DNA of 63,976 nucleotides, filler included, from Craspedostauros australis (taxonomy: Eukaryota), in assembly GCA_030167865.1 (NCBI GenBank). It is 9 parts of 9 records of this genome, joined end to end, with 100 filler letters (N's around TTAATTAATTAA, not from the genome) between each part and the next. Parts side by side here need not be neighbours in the genome. Positions count along the whole stretch, not along the records: positions 1 to 10,526 come from JALAGF010001515.1; positions 10,627 to 19,473 come from JALAGF010001517.1; 7 more parts are not named here. One strand, 5' to 3'. The notes beneath the pieces are model-generated. The model searched no databases and had not been told where the DNA came from. It saw nothing but the letters and a program-made list of their open reading frames with translations. Below are positions 1 to 13,053 of this stretch, in pieces; within the stretch, counting starts at the first letter, position 1; each line of letters opens with the position of its first letter. Both the position numbers and the translations under genes were made by a program.

Positions 1-1487
1 AGAAGGCATAGTTGTTCCGCCATCTCCTGTTGCTGTAGGACAAAGCACTCGTTCTCATCAAGATGAAGAAATTGCTTTCGGACATTTGGACAGCCAAGCA
101 GCCCCGTGCATCAATCATCGTACTGGCGAATACCGCTTCGAAGTTCACGCAACTCCATCCACCTTCTCTTTCTATCGCCCTTGCCTCAGTTTGCAAACGG
201 AACGTGTCGTGTCACATTCGGCGAGCGGGATGTGTCTGCTCGCACTCGGAGGCTATTCTGGTCAGGACAGATGTGCTTCCTGTACCACAGAGTACGCGCG
301 AGGCTTTGCCCTCTACCTGCGTTCGTGGTTGCGCTCACTGTTTCCGCTGTTGAAGCAAGACTGCACAACGAAGATCAAGCCCAGAAAGCGCGTACCTGGG
401 CGATTGGCCTCNACACNGNTGGTGGCAACATGTCCAAAGACATCCAGCCAAAAATTGATGGCGCAGACGCTGNCTAAGCCCCGTCGAGCTGTCCTGCACT
501 GGGCAATCAATGGCAACTGAAGTAGCTCCTAGTGTTCATAGCCTCGCCCACGAGACGTCGATCACACGTCTACAGTAGTACCTTTGCGTTTTGTGATGCC
601 AAGAGCACGGACTAAATGGACTACTAAGGCAGTCCCATTGGAAAACGACGCCGAAAACGTATTTACCGCGGTTCCCTGGGTGTTGATGTTCATCCTGATT
701 TGATCATGATACGGAAGCGCCCTCTCTCTCTTGCCTCTCTATGAATGGGTTGAACTTCGTCTTTTGCCTTCCGCGAGGGGCCGCAATCTCGCCCCCTTGG
801 TTTCCACAAGGCGCCACAGTCGTGTGCAACATGTTCCTCATTCATTGAGCTGAAGCGCTCTGCCAATCGACACAAATACACACGTACGATACAAATGATG
901 CGAGCAGATGGCGCCACGATCTTTCGTTATTTTTCGCCGGTGTGATGTTTGTCGCAACTGAGGCGAACGTCATCTCATGTTGCGAACAAGCACGGTTCTG
1001 GATGGCGTCGTTTGCGTTCACCATGGATCATGTGAGCATAGTACTCGGAGAGTAGCGTTGTGTGTAGTAGAATATAACGCTACTGATTAGTATGTGGAGT
1101 CCCACGCATCATTCCTTGGCCAATGATGGCGATGGGGGCGAAGAGCACCATTTGAGGTGTTGCAGAAAGGGCGAACGCAGTGAGGAATGATGCGTATCCA
1201 GGAGTAAACTGCCTACCAATCCACGGCGCGGGTACGAGACGCCGCGAGATGTCGCATGATGATGTGACGAGAGATCCGTCGCAAAGATGATGATGTCTTT
1301 TTAGTCAGGTGGCAAATAGTGGACTCCGGCATCATGGCGAACAAAGGAACGGAGCCAAGGGCGAAGGAAGGTGGTCGCGATGTCCGTGAGCGTTGGTGGC
1401 GGCAATAAACGGGTCAGCGAAACACGACCAGTGGACAGCTCCTCCAATCCTCCCCTCAAATAACAAAGCCAACGAGAGCAAGCGAAT

Positions 1488-1510
1488 GAGTGAGTGAGTG
1501 AGTGAGTGAG
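1488..1510. repeat. (GAGT)n microsatellite
   Basis: gagtgagtgagtgagtgagtgag read directly. Confidence 0.9.
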
Positions 1511-4500
1511 AGTGGATTGAGCTGTCCTTCAACACCATCGCACTCGTACATGGCGACAACTTCTAAACAACGCCAAACGAGTGAAGGGAAGGACTCTTCG
1601 AATACAGGCGTATCGGCTAACCGTGCCATGTTGGCGTTTTCGTGCCCATCGCGCATCTTCTCGCAACGAAGCGAGTTTTGCTTTCGCTGCAGAGGACAGT
1701 AGAGTAGAGTGGAGCAGAGTGGAGCAGACTACTCTTCATGTATGGTAGTATGCGTGCCTACCACTTCTGGCTGTGGTACGATCTGCCTTGATAGAAAAGT
1801 CCGAACGACGTGAACACTTGGAGAGCGGGTTGCCTAGAACGCACGAGGAGAAACACGAGTACAACTGCAAGGTCGGCTGCGGGTGGAACTGATCATCATC
1901 ATCAACAGGCTCTGACCAATCAGGGGGGCGAGAGACTTCCGTGATCAACACTCAAACAGAGCTGTAGGTAGGAGAACATGCATTCCTTTCCCCCTCTCTC
2001 ACGTTTGTGGCCGCGCCGTGAGAAGAACTCTGGAGAGTACCAATGCAGACGAGATCAACGAGAAAGACAAGAAATCGACGGTGCGCGGAGAGAACTCGAC
2101 CTGCCGATCGCCACAATGAGGTGTTCAACGTGGTGCCGTGATCATCCTTGCTCCTAACACCAAGTTCGCAGGCAGCAAGGAGCAAGGCTCAATTCAATTT
2201 GTGACCAACCCCCCAGGCCTCTCCAGTGCTGAAATGTCCGCCCGAAGAACGAAACGAGGAACAAAGTGGCAGGCAATTGTCACTTGCCGATGTCGTGACC
2301 ACAGAGATGGTTCGTTGTTTGGCTGTATAGTATTGCGAATCTCTTTGCTCCTCCATCGGGTTATTGTTTCGCCACGACGAATTCCGGTGCCACATGTGTC
2401 GTCAGTTGTTCGTGCCTTCTACTCCTCCTTACTTATGAATGTGACATTGGGCTTTGGTGTGTCTGGGATGGAGTTCAACCGAGACAGAGTCTGATGCGAC
2501 AGACCAAGTTCGTCATTGAGCCTCCGGTGTTCCTCTCTGCGTCATCGTGTGATATCATGGATAGAGAAGACGAGTCGTGTGATTGGAGAAATCGGCCAAT
2601 CAGATTGGTTCGGTACCAGTCGCTTCGATTGTGTTCGGTAGCTGGCGATACCTTTCGCATGGCAGAAGCAAAATGATGTTCTCGCTGTTGTTTCGCCCTC
2701 TTCTCACTTTTCTTCGCTTCGCCTCCATTGATCGCGACGCGCGAAAGCCAAAGCGACAGAGCGATAACACGAACAACGCACAACGAACACTGAACGCGTG
2801 CTCGCGTGGCACGGTTGCACGTTGCACCTGACGCGTTCATGGTCGATCGCGCGCAAGAAAACGGCACGGCAAGGTGGCTCACCAGCTAGTTGATGTGCAC
2901 CGGCGAGAGAGGCCAAGCTTGGAGCATGGGCATCATGGAGTGGAATGGAGTTGAGTGGAGCATTCTGCTCACTCGTACCCTGCATGCCATGTGATGTTCC
3001 TCGGCTACAATCGAGTGTTACCATGCTCTTGGGAGGATCGGCAGCTCGCTTGGAGGTCATAAACAACCAAACATGCACAACGACCATTGAATAGAGCAGC
3101 TGAGTAGCCGCACGTAATGATTCTGCGACACGTGATCTCTATGTACGGTACAAGTCTACGCCGTAACAACGCTCCGATTGTACGAGTAGGTTGTGCTCTG
3201 TAGTGGTACCTGCGTGTTATTGTGTCTGTCTGTCTGTTACCACGATTCGTATCCTTGGAACCGATCGCAGGAAGTGGCGCTGAAACGGTGATTCACGCCG
3301 AAATCTATCTACGCCCCTTCTCCTGTTGACAACGCGGAAATGATAGGACTCGTGCGAATGGCCCCACCGTGGTACATCACGTACGACTACGAATAACCAC
3401 GACCATGCGCGTACTCGAAAATAGTACGGCACCTGTACCAGTACCAGTGTCAGCACCAGTACTATGAACTCAACAGAGTATCCCACTCTGTGCCTTCTTG
3501 CGATACACTTCACGTACCAATTATCCTCACTACGCGCAATTGCGCGATTGAAATGCCCCATCGCGTGACATCCAAGAGGCGGCCCAACTCGAGGGAGAGG
3601 CCCCAGACTGCACAACGAGACAACAGCACATCACATAAACCGGGAAAAGACCGTCAACACATAACGCCTCCCAAACGCCTTCCGGTCATTGATACTTTCC
3701 CAATTCCCCTTTGGACCTGGTTGCGCATCATCACGACGTACAACACAACAACAACACCGTTCCGATCGAAATACTTTTATCCTTCCCTTTTTGCACGGCC
3801 GTTTGCACCGTTTGTACCCTCCGCGCACAATAAACCCACGGCAAAAGCACACCAAAGGCCCCAACGGCACACTCGCGTTCTTCTCACGTCCGAAAACTCC
3901 AAACCAGAGAATCGCTTCCCCGCAGCATTCTACCCATACTGTAGGTTGCACTGTACGTAGCGTCTGCACGACGGTACCTCCGAGCTACTCGTGCGAGTGG
4001 CACCCCCGTACAGCACACAGGCTCGACGACACACCGAGATACAGGACGCATACACGATCTGTCTCCGCGACAAAAACCGAAATGGCCGGTCACGAAACCA
4101 CACAGCGAGAGGGACATCACTTTTGGACGCATTTTGGGCGCTGCCGACATCTCCGGCAAAATCCGCGCAAAAAACTGGTGAACCAACCGCAACCACAGCC
4201 CCTTGCCGGTGATACGAACTGCGCAACACGAATTGATCGTCCACACGAACGCGCACAGTGAGTTCAAGGAGGCGATCACCTCCACAAAGGCACAGAACAG
4301 GAGGGGCAAAACTATTCAGTGAGCATCCGACCACTCCACTCCACACGCAACAGCACAGCGCCCTCTCAGCACAAACACGAAACAGCACATCACATCACAT
4401 CACAAAAAAACAAACATCACAAATCCAAGTGAACACAATCGAGCAGAGCCCACACACCTCTCTTCCCATTCCATTTCATTTCATTTCATTTTGGTTCATC

Positions 4501-4636
4501 TCACGCCACCACCAATCATCTCATAATCCAAATCATCCACCCAAATCATTCATCCCAACTCAACCCACAATTCATACGCATCCCACACTCTCACATATAA
4601 TAGCTCGCAGAGTATTCAATTGACAAACACCAAACA

Positions 4637-5578
4637 ATGAAGCGCCCAATTCCACCACCGACCACAACAACAGCCACCGTCACCCTCAACACATCAATGA
4701 CCATGCAACAGCAGAAGCACAGCAACGGGTACAGCTGCGACTGCGGCCTCACACCCACCGACTCCATCATCCGCGGCCGTGCCTGCGACATTCTGATCGG
4801 CAGCAGCAGCAACTGCACCACGAATGATGCCAACTCCCGCAGCAACATGATGCCCAACAAGAGACGCCGGCTGACCACATCATCGTCTTCCCCGATGAAG
4901 GCCACAACCAAGCCACACCTCAGCATCGTCTCTTCGTCGTCGTCGTCGTCATCTGCCACATCGCCATTCCGATCGTCTGCTCTGTCTCAACTGGCAGCAA
5001 CGACAGCAGCAGCGGCAACACCTGCGACAACCTCACTGCCAACATCGGCATCCAGCCAGCTGCGATCGTCGCTGCGACAAAAGCGCAGACGCCAACAGCT
5101 ATCCCAGTCAACAGAACAGAGAAACACGAGAACCGTCAGCTTCTTGCAGCCACTGGTGCAGGTGCGGATCGTCCAACCGATTGCCTCCACGCAGGCCGAC
5201 AAGGATCGTCTGTACTATTCCAACCTCGACGTTGCACGCTTCACCTGCAGAGAGCGCAAGCGCCAGCAGGTCGGCCATCTCACCGTCGCGCTGTACAAGG
5301 AGCAGCTGCAGCGCATGATCACCGGATCGTCGTCGCCCATCTCCACGCACAAGATCACGCTGCTGTACCACAAGGTCTGCTCCAGCACGATCTCGGCCAC
5401 ACCAGTGCCACAGCGAAAGATGGCAAGGAGCAACGACAGCACTGCCACCAACAACAGCAACAGCAGCAGCAACACCAGCAGTAGCACTAGCAATAACACT
5501 GACCGCATGCCAAGGAGCACGTGGATGTCTGGTCCAGCATTCGGCTGCCGACGATCGGTTGGTGCTCACGCAGCTTAG
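4637..5578 (+). CDS. Hypothetical Ser/Thr-rich protein (313 aa) with an RVxF-like motif
   Basis: ATG-started ORF after a CA-rich leader. Low-complexity flanks surround a core 'RTVSFLQPLVQVRIVQPI...KDRLYYSNLDVARF', resembling the VxF...V.V...LWYS motif common in diatom unknown proteins. Function not assignable. Confidence 0.6.
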   Translation: MKRPIPPPTTTTATVTLNTSMTMQQQKHSNGYSCDCGLTPTDSIIRGRACDILIGSSSNCTTNDANSRSNMMPNKRRRLTTSSSSPMKATTKPHLSIVSSSSSSSSATSPFRSSALSQLAATTAAAATPATTSLPTSASSQLRSSLRQKRRRQQLSQSTEQRNTRTVSFLQPLVQVRIVQPIASTQADKDRLYYSNLDVARFTCRERKRQQVGHLTVALYKEQLQRMITGSSSPISTHKITLLYHKVCSSTISATPVPQRKMARSNDSTATNNSNSSSNTSSSTSNNTDRMPRSTWMSGPAFGCRRSVGAHAA

Positions 5579-8500
5579 GCGACAACCAGAGAACCGAAAA
5601 GCAACGATCCGCTTGGCCATTTTTCGACCACAGTCAGCCAATCGTTGAAGTCGCCATTCGCTCCAACGACAAACCAAAGTCAACGTAATAGAAAGTCACA
5701 TTTTTCAACTTCACATACCGATGTCATACAAATACCAGTACTTTCAGTGGCTTCACTCCACTCGTACGCGGACGCGCACGGGGCAGCAGCACAGGCCCAC
5801 TCAATGCTTGCGCAGATGTCTCTCCTGTGGATAACGTACGAGCATCGGTGGAGCCTGCCCGTCGAAGCAAGGCATGCGAGTGGTGTCCAACCGCCAGCAC
5901 CACACATGATGGCGGCGGGGGAAGCATGCACCACACTTCGCACAAGAATCCAATCAGCCCACATGAGGGGTGGCGACGAACCAGCGGGTGCGGAGCATCT
6001 GCCACTCGTTGGCTCCGAGAACCTGGACCATCGCTTCACAAGCATCCGCGCATCGACGAACAAGCAATGCGCAAAAACGAACAAGGACATCTTTTTGGTA
6101 CCAAGCGACCTTCCCCACCTTCTCTTCCATCTTTCTCGGTTGGCGCAAAGCGTATCTGGCTGCGATTCTCGTCCCCAGATGAAACGGTTCTGCTTGGTTG
6201 CTCGGCACAGAACCAAGGGGACGAGAGCGAGTACATCCATCTTCTCCCTCACTCTCTCTCTCTCTCTCTCTCTCTGCCTGTCGATCTGCCTGCTTCACTC
6301 GCTCCACTCAACGAAGCCCACACATGCCGCACACGAGCGGGAGAACGAAAGAAGGGAAGCTGCTTCTTGAACCACACCAGTCTGTTCCCAATTCCCCGGC
6401 TCAAATCCACGAGTGATCACGTGATTTTGATCGTCTGTGAATGAACAACCTGGCTTTTGACCTCCACATCACGTTTCTTCAAGGGTATACGGTAAAATAT
6501 TCAAACACTAAGTAACTGATGTATTGTCAATGTATTATGCGCACATGTGATAATATCAATGTTGGTTTGTAAATACCGAATTTCCCAAGATTAATCATCG
6601 CCCAGACACACTTCGAACATAGTGACGATGGCGAACAACCAAGACACGGCGTAGCATGATAGGGTACGGACAACAAAACACGACACGACACGATACGATA
6701 CCTACGATACCATACCACCTCACACAAGGGCGAAAAGCCGCGTCGTGCAACAACACGATCACAAATGCAGTCACAACAAGGGAAAACACAACACACAAAC
6801 ATGTCATGTGTGGTACATAGGAGAAAGCACCCACACAAGGTTGGCGCCAAGAACAGGGTTGCTGAAAACTGCATTTCTCATCATCGTCTTCCCTCCTCCT
6901 TGGTGCAACATACGTATCAGTTGTCTTGTGTGTTTGCATCGTTGCGTTGTTGAGATTTCGCGGTGTGGCCATTGCAAACTGTAGTGTACTCGCGGAGTAT
7001 TGAAAGGGTTTCTGTGAATACGAATTCGAACGCTTCACGAGCACCACGCGAACAGTGGAGAGCGCATGTATTTCCTATCTCTCTCCCTCTGGATGAAGTG
7101 AAGCGTTTATGCCAAGTAGTACGAACATGGAAGGAAGGTCCGAGAACGGCGACTCCACGACCTCCGATCACTGCCCGTCACTGGTATTCACACGCAGGAA
7201 CAAGACCAACAGGTGCCACCTACGACTATTGCAAGCTACGGACCGAACACTTCATCCAACGCGCACGTACACAGCCACACAGCCACACAGCCACCCCCAC
7301 GCCAAGTAATCTTGACACGACTCTCTTCTCTGAAAAGAACGGGTGTGCACATGCGCGCCCACGAGGAGGAGCGATGCACATCTGTGATCGCGTTGACGTC
7401 GGGCAGTCCTCCTGCTCGCGGAAATAGAAATACACCGAGGGAGCGAGAACTTTCTCGTTTTACAGCACTCTCCAACTTTGTATGCCCAGGAAGCAAGAAT
7501 GGAGGACCGAGCATCCCGACACCGAAGGGAACGAACAAGGATACGATCCACATCTCACATCGGCACCCCAACTCGCCGGACCCCACCTGCTTGCATCTTG
7601 TTTGGATGAGGACCATCCGTTGTTTGAAGGTGACACACAGTTCAGGATTGCCCACGAAGACAGAGAGAGAGACGGCGAGCACCCTTTACTCCGTGGCGCT
7701 TCACGGCGGACCATGTTCCCGTTCTGGGCGCCAACAGTTTTTGGAGTTCCCATCATTCAGTCCTGGTGACGCCTGCTTCGCAACAATCCAATCGCTTCCC
7801 GTCACTCACAAACATTGCACTCGTTGTGGTGCCGCATCCGATCACAAGCATAGTGTGCAGCCAAGGAAGGAAGCGTTGTCCGCTCCAACGAGTGCGATCT
7901 ATGGCACATGGCGATACTCCGACTTGCACTTGTCCCATGCGATGCCCAGATTATTCGTTGAGTATGTATAATAGTTTAGAGCAGAGCAGAGCAGATGAGA
8001 GCGAAAGCGCCGCAGTCTCTCTCTCTCTCTGTCTCTAGAAGGATAGAGTGGGAGAGTGGCATTGTATTGTTTATGGTGTGATGCAAGAGGACGGGCACGA
8101 TCACGATCACGAGTACCTACATACACGTGCGAGTATAAGTGAAAACGACGAACCAGATGGCATCCAATAATGTGAAACGGAGAGATGGTGGGACGCTTTG
8201 CTCCGCGACAGCATCAGACGATGGCGCCAAACATCCGCAAACGAACGACACCCAAGATAGTGATGGTCCGAAGATGGCGCAAATGACGTCAGGACGGAGG
8301 TCCGATGGCAGTGCACGAGTACGTACAAGCACAGATACAGGGACAGAGACAGCACACAAAAGTGAAATCCTCCTCCTTCTCCCTGGACGCGGTTCGTCGG
8401 TGCCGACATGTCACTCTTTCGGGTGAAGCGGATACCTGTCCTCCCACGAAGCCCTTGGCCCAGACATGCTGCCATGAATGCGAGCGCGACACGGCAATCA

Positions 8501-10261
8501 CCAACCATGAGCGTTATCCACATCGCCTTCGTGATGCGGTGGCGCGTCCTTGAGCGATTGAAGGTGGACTTAGCGGTGGCGTGCTGGTCGGAAATGGAAC
8601 GCTGTTGCACATTGCTTGTCACAATCCGTGTCATGATGTGCGAACTACGACAGTACCTTCAATCCAAACAAGCCTTTTCACTCTTCTTTTAGGGGACTAC
8701 GTGCATTGCGACGACAACGAGACGTGCAGAAAGCGATGATTCGCTGAGTTGTGGCGCAGTCTTGATTCTTCCGCCATCCTTCGCATTGGCCAACTCGCGT
8801 TGTCAGATGCGCGACGAAATCGACGAGGCGAATCTCTAGAGAGAAACATAGCCTTTAGTCTTGGCGACGCAATCAAGACACGGACAACGACGACTCTGTG
8901 GAGACATTTCATGATCACAAGCGACGATTCCAATCTATGATTGCACTATACGACCACTGCCATACCGAAGCATCTCCTCGTGTCATGTCAATGAAGGAAG
9001 TGCATCAAGGCGGAGGTGCTCTGTGTGCATTCCATACCACACAACTCCGTCCATAGCAGCGCAGCAGCATGTTCTCTCTGTTATCTTGGTTCGTTGCCAC
9101 ATGGACTCCTCTCCTCTAACAACCTGACGTCTTGTTCTCGGGGAGGGCGCTACTGTGTTGTCGACTTTCTCAGGGGTACCGCCACAACTTCCTTTCGCAA
9201 CCTTCGCTTTCCCACGTGGTGATCTGAGAAGTATGGACATACTGGAATGGTTGCTGAGGCGCCGTTTTGATCATCGCGCCATGCTTGTGCCCGAGATTGT
9301 TATTTTCGAGTACGACTACGGACACGTGCTGTTGCTCGTTTTTGTCCGAAGGCAAGATCAACTGACGCACCGGGTGTTGCCTGTCGCTCGTTGCATCATC
9401 ATCACCTCGGAGATCCCGTTCACTTCTTCGCTTCCTCCACGTGCTGTGGCAACATTGTCGCAGAAACAGTGTTGACGTACTCGTGTGGTGCAGCACCACA
9501 GCACGTGCTCGTACAAATACTCAGTCACCCTCCTCGATCGGCCCAATAGACCGAGAGTCGCCTGGAAGAGCGGGGCGGATGGGAAAGGTCAAGCTGCGTA
9601 CATGAATCATGTCACCGTGGACGACTTCGCCTGATAGACGTACAATCAGATGGTGAAGTGAGAGCTGGAGTGCTCGCGTTGGCGCGGATGGACAATTCTG
9701 GGAAGCTGGGTTGGCGAGAAGTTCGTCGTGATCGCGTTCCTTGTGCATTGTTCAGTGTGTGACACTCGCACTCACGGACTTGGCAGCCGTGGCTCCAACA
9801 CATGCACAGATGGTGTCACCGTCCAAAGCCGAGCTTCTGTGCAGCATGTGCGAGGCCTTTTGGGACTAGAACTATCTATTGTCCCACTAGCTCATCCATG
9901 TACCTGTACGAGAAGAGCTCCGCGCCGCGCCACACAATTGACATCCAATGTGCTTCTGCCGTCCTTGTCGTCCATCTCGCGAGCCGAACACATTCGTCCA
10001 TGCGCTGCTCGGGATGATGATCTTGGTGTCCCTCTCTGGCGCGTTTATCGATGTCATCTACCCGGACATCAGGACGCAGGGAGTTGAGGGAAATATGCAT
10101 ATATGTCATTTCTATGGAAAATACGTTGTATCACTGTTCTACCAACAAACCCCGTTCGGGTTTGGTTTGTGCTCGTCAGTCCAATGTCGAACGCATACTG
10201 TAGTCTACGAAAAGGCAGCGCAGCTGTTAACGATACGATGAAGTGATTGTGGCATTCAATA

Positions 10262-10526
10262 GGATGTGGATCACTCTTGACTCTAGTAATTAACTTGGTA
10301 TGGACTGAAGCCTCCAGATTGAATAGACAGTTGTGTGAGAAAGGCAATTGTTTTGAACACCTCCTTATGGCGTTCTCTATCTGACCTGTAGAGAGTCCCC
10401 AAGATCGCCCATCTCTTGAATTGCCGATTGATTGTTTCGTGTCGCGCACGAGCATTGGACTTAGCTCGTTTGTTCGACTTCGACACATAGCTGGTTGGCT
10501 TCAGCACATGGGGCCCACCATACCCC
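10262..10526 (-). mobile_element. 3' end of a PIF/Harbinger-superfamily (DDE_Tnp_4-like) DNA transposon, cut by contig end
   Basis: ORF 10283..10507(-) 'KSNARARHETINRQFKRWAIL...HKEVFKTIAFLTQLSI...PYQVNY*' matches the C-terminus of DDE_Tnp_4 transposases (R.xHETxN carries the catalytic E). The element end at GGATGTGGATCAC (10262), just past the stop, is inferred. Confidence 0.7.
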
Positions 10527-10626
10527 NNNNNNNNNNNNNNNNNNNNNNNNNNNNNNNNNNNNNNNNNNNNTTAATTAATTAANNNNNNNNNNNNNNNNNN
10601 NNNNNNNNNNNNNNNNNNNNNNNNNN
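10527..10626. other. Artificial contig linker (first of eight)
   Basis: Identical N44-TTAATTAATTAA-N44 cassette (stops in all six frames) at 10527-10626, 19474-19573, 20829-20928, 35159-35258, 49143-49242, 52249-52348, 61379-61478 and 62874-62973. Confidence 0.97.
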
Positions 10627-12398
10627 GCGATTTTGTGAAATGATGGAGATGATGTGTTTTGTGTGATGTGTTTTGTGTCATGTGTTTTGTGACGAGCAGA
10701 ATGTGGAATCCTGTGGCACATGCTAACGTGTAATTAACGCGTACCAAACCACCGACATCTTCGGGAGCTAGTCCGTGACTGACCACCTGACGATAAATAC
10801 TTGAGAACATCATCGAACCTTCGACAGCTACCAACGAGTTTTGCGTGGTTGGATCCACGTGACTAGAATGAACACATTGATCGGTGCATAAAACGTAAAA
10901 TAAGCTTTACTAAGCACTGAAAAGGTGACATGTACATAAAGAGACTACAAGGATTTTGAATATGTGCTTAGTTTGAAAATCCCAGAAATCCGATTAGACT
11001 CTTCATTTCAAACGATTGGTCGACTCACTGATCGGGCTCTTATGCAACGGACTTTGTGGTGGACGGTTTGGCCTTTCAAGATGGGGAAGAGAGAGAGAGA
11101 GAGAGAGGAGAAGGTATGAAAGACTTTCGCCGACGGATGATGTGGCCTCTGCTCCATTGAACTGGGAACCAACTTGACTCCAATTTATTCTGTTTCTACG
11201 ATACGATGTCCGAAAGAGAGATAGATAGTCACGGAGACCCCTTCACTGGCACAGCACGTTCTGTGAGCGCGATCTCTGGAAAGCAAGCATGATGAGCTCG
11301 AGCGCGAGAGCACGACTGCCAAACGAATGCAATGCTCCGTAGGTACTCCAACTGAACCACAGCAGTAACCGAAAGGAGTCGACGATCTCCAACTTCGATA
11401 GAATTCCGTGCCGCTGAGCTACCTCAATTCGAATCCAGTTCCTGGCTTGGCCATGGCCGACCTTGCGGCTTTACTTCTCCGCGAGCAAACGAATTCCTTG
11501 GCACAGTCACGTTTTTCGTTGTGGCTCCAAGGAAAGAGAGAATCGAATTGTACACGTTTCATGCTTGCATTTGCAGGGACATGACGACGATGTCGATCAC
11601 GATGACCATGGTTGATGGTCACAGATGAAGGACGACGAACCACTTTGTGGGAGGGGTCACCTCAACCGATTCCAACAGCACCCAAACTCTCTTCCATACC
11701 CGCTTGCGCAACCGATCGTACGTTTCGCACAAGAAAGGAGAAAGTCGCGAATGTGCGATGAGGACGAAGGTTTTCGCGTTTGGAGTTCCCTGGAGACTTT
11801 TTGTGTGGTGTGTACTTGGTCTTGACAAACCATCTTCGTTCTTTCTTCTCCAAAGCAGTCATTGTCGTGGCTGTCCGAAGCGACAAATGACCCAAACCTA
11901 CTCTTGACGTCATATGTCTCCGAACAAACCCCTCCCCAACGAGAACACCTCTTGGTCATGAAGAACAACTCTGCAGTAGTTTTCGCCATCTGCTCGAAGA
12001 ACACCGTCAAAAGTCAGGGACAGACATGCACAAACCCGTCATGACATGTTCTCTCCCATCACAGCACGTTTATTGCGCCAAAACATCATCACTGCGCCCA
12101 TGTTGCAAAACGTCGTCATTTGTTGCTCTTGTCTGTTTCGTCGACCAAAACGGGTTCGGGACGCGAGAGCCTTACATCACAGAGAGAAATGACTTTGCAT
12201 CGTGTCGTGTTGTGTGGTTGGATCGTTGCAAGTACGATCAACACACGTTTCATGTGTTGTCGTTGTGAAAATGGCCGATCGACGCAACGTTCGCAGCAAC
12301 GGAATTGAATTCTGAGAAACCATCACTTGTGCACACTCTCGTCAGGCATGGCTTGTTTGGTGCACAACATCGATCGGACACACAACCAACGCCAACAT

Positions 12399-12449
12399 AG
12401 CGACAATAACAGCGACAATAACAGCGACAATAACAGCGACAATAACAGC
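12399..12449. repeat. 12-bp tandem repeat (AGCGACAATAAC)x4
   Basis: Four perfect copies read directly. Confidence 0.9.
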
Positions 12450-13053
12450 AACGGTCCCCATACGGCAACAACATCCACGATCGTGTGGTCACAAAACAAA
12501 AGGCAGCAGCAACAACAGCCTCCCCTTGGGATGAAGATCGGAACCGGAACTTTGTGAAAAGAACCGAGCAAGCCAACCAACCCAAACACAACAGACGTCG
12601 ACAGACATCGACAGACATCCAGAGAAAGGCCAGGCACAAGACAGTCAGGACCACACAGTCGAGTTGGGTATCTTTGCCATCAACTATTGACAAAACAGAG
12701 CTGCAAACGAATTCTCATTTGTGCTGCTGGTACTGCTGCTGCTTGTGCGACTCTACCAAGACAGAGCGAACGGGAGAAGCAATCGCACGAGGCCAACCAC
12801 CATCCACCCGTTCCTGCGACTTCGCAAAGAGCTCGGGAAGAAGAGACGAGAGAGCGAGAGGATCGTCCAAGTTCACGAACACTGCACAAGAATCAAATTT
12901 CGCGTTGGTAGCATCCAAACCCCACTTGTTGATTGAGGAGAGTGCAAGAGCAGCAACATCCATCCAATCCATCCACAAGGAGCCATAATCCCAACATCGA
13001 CACAACAGGAAAGCCAAGGAACGACATCCCCAAAGCCCAATCCCAACGCCACC

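Noticed and set aside
1..4600. Many 60-190 aa ORFs (also in 5600-10200, 42200-44200 and 59800-61378)
   Set aside because: No recognisable domains or codon bias, so treated as intergenic. A partial gene at 1-520 cannot be excluded.
10571..10582. Recurrent palindrome TTAATTAATTAA
   Set aside because: Always centred in an exact 100-bp N cassette, so it is an assembly linker. ORFs ending in 'LIN' or running into X are artefacts, and no cross-linker gene clusters were inferred.
11625..11825. 'LCGRG...QHP' resembling the diatom DUF6824 motif
   Set aside because: The rest of the motif (GN..F, GGRFL) is missing and the ORF is short.
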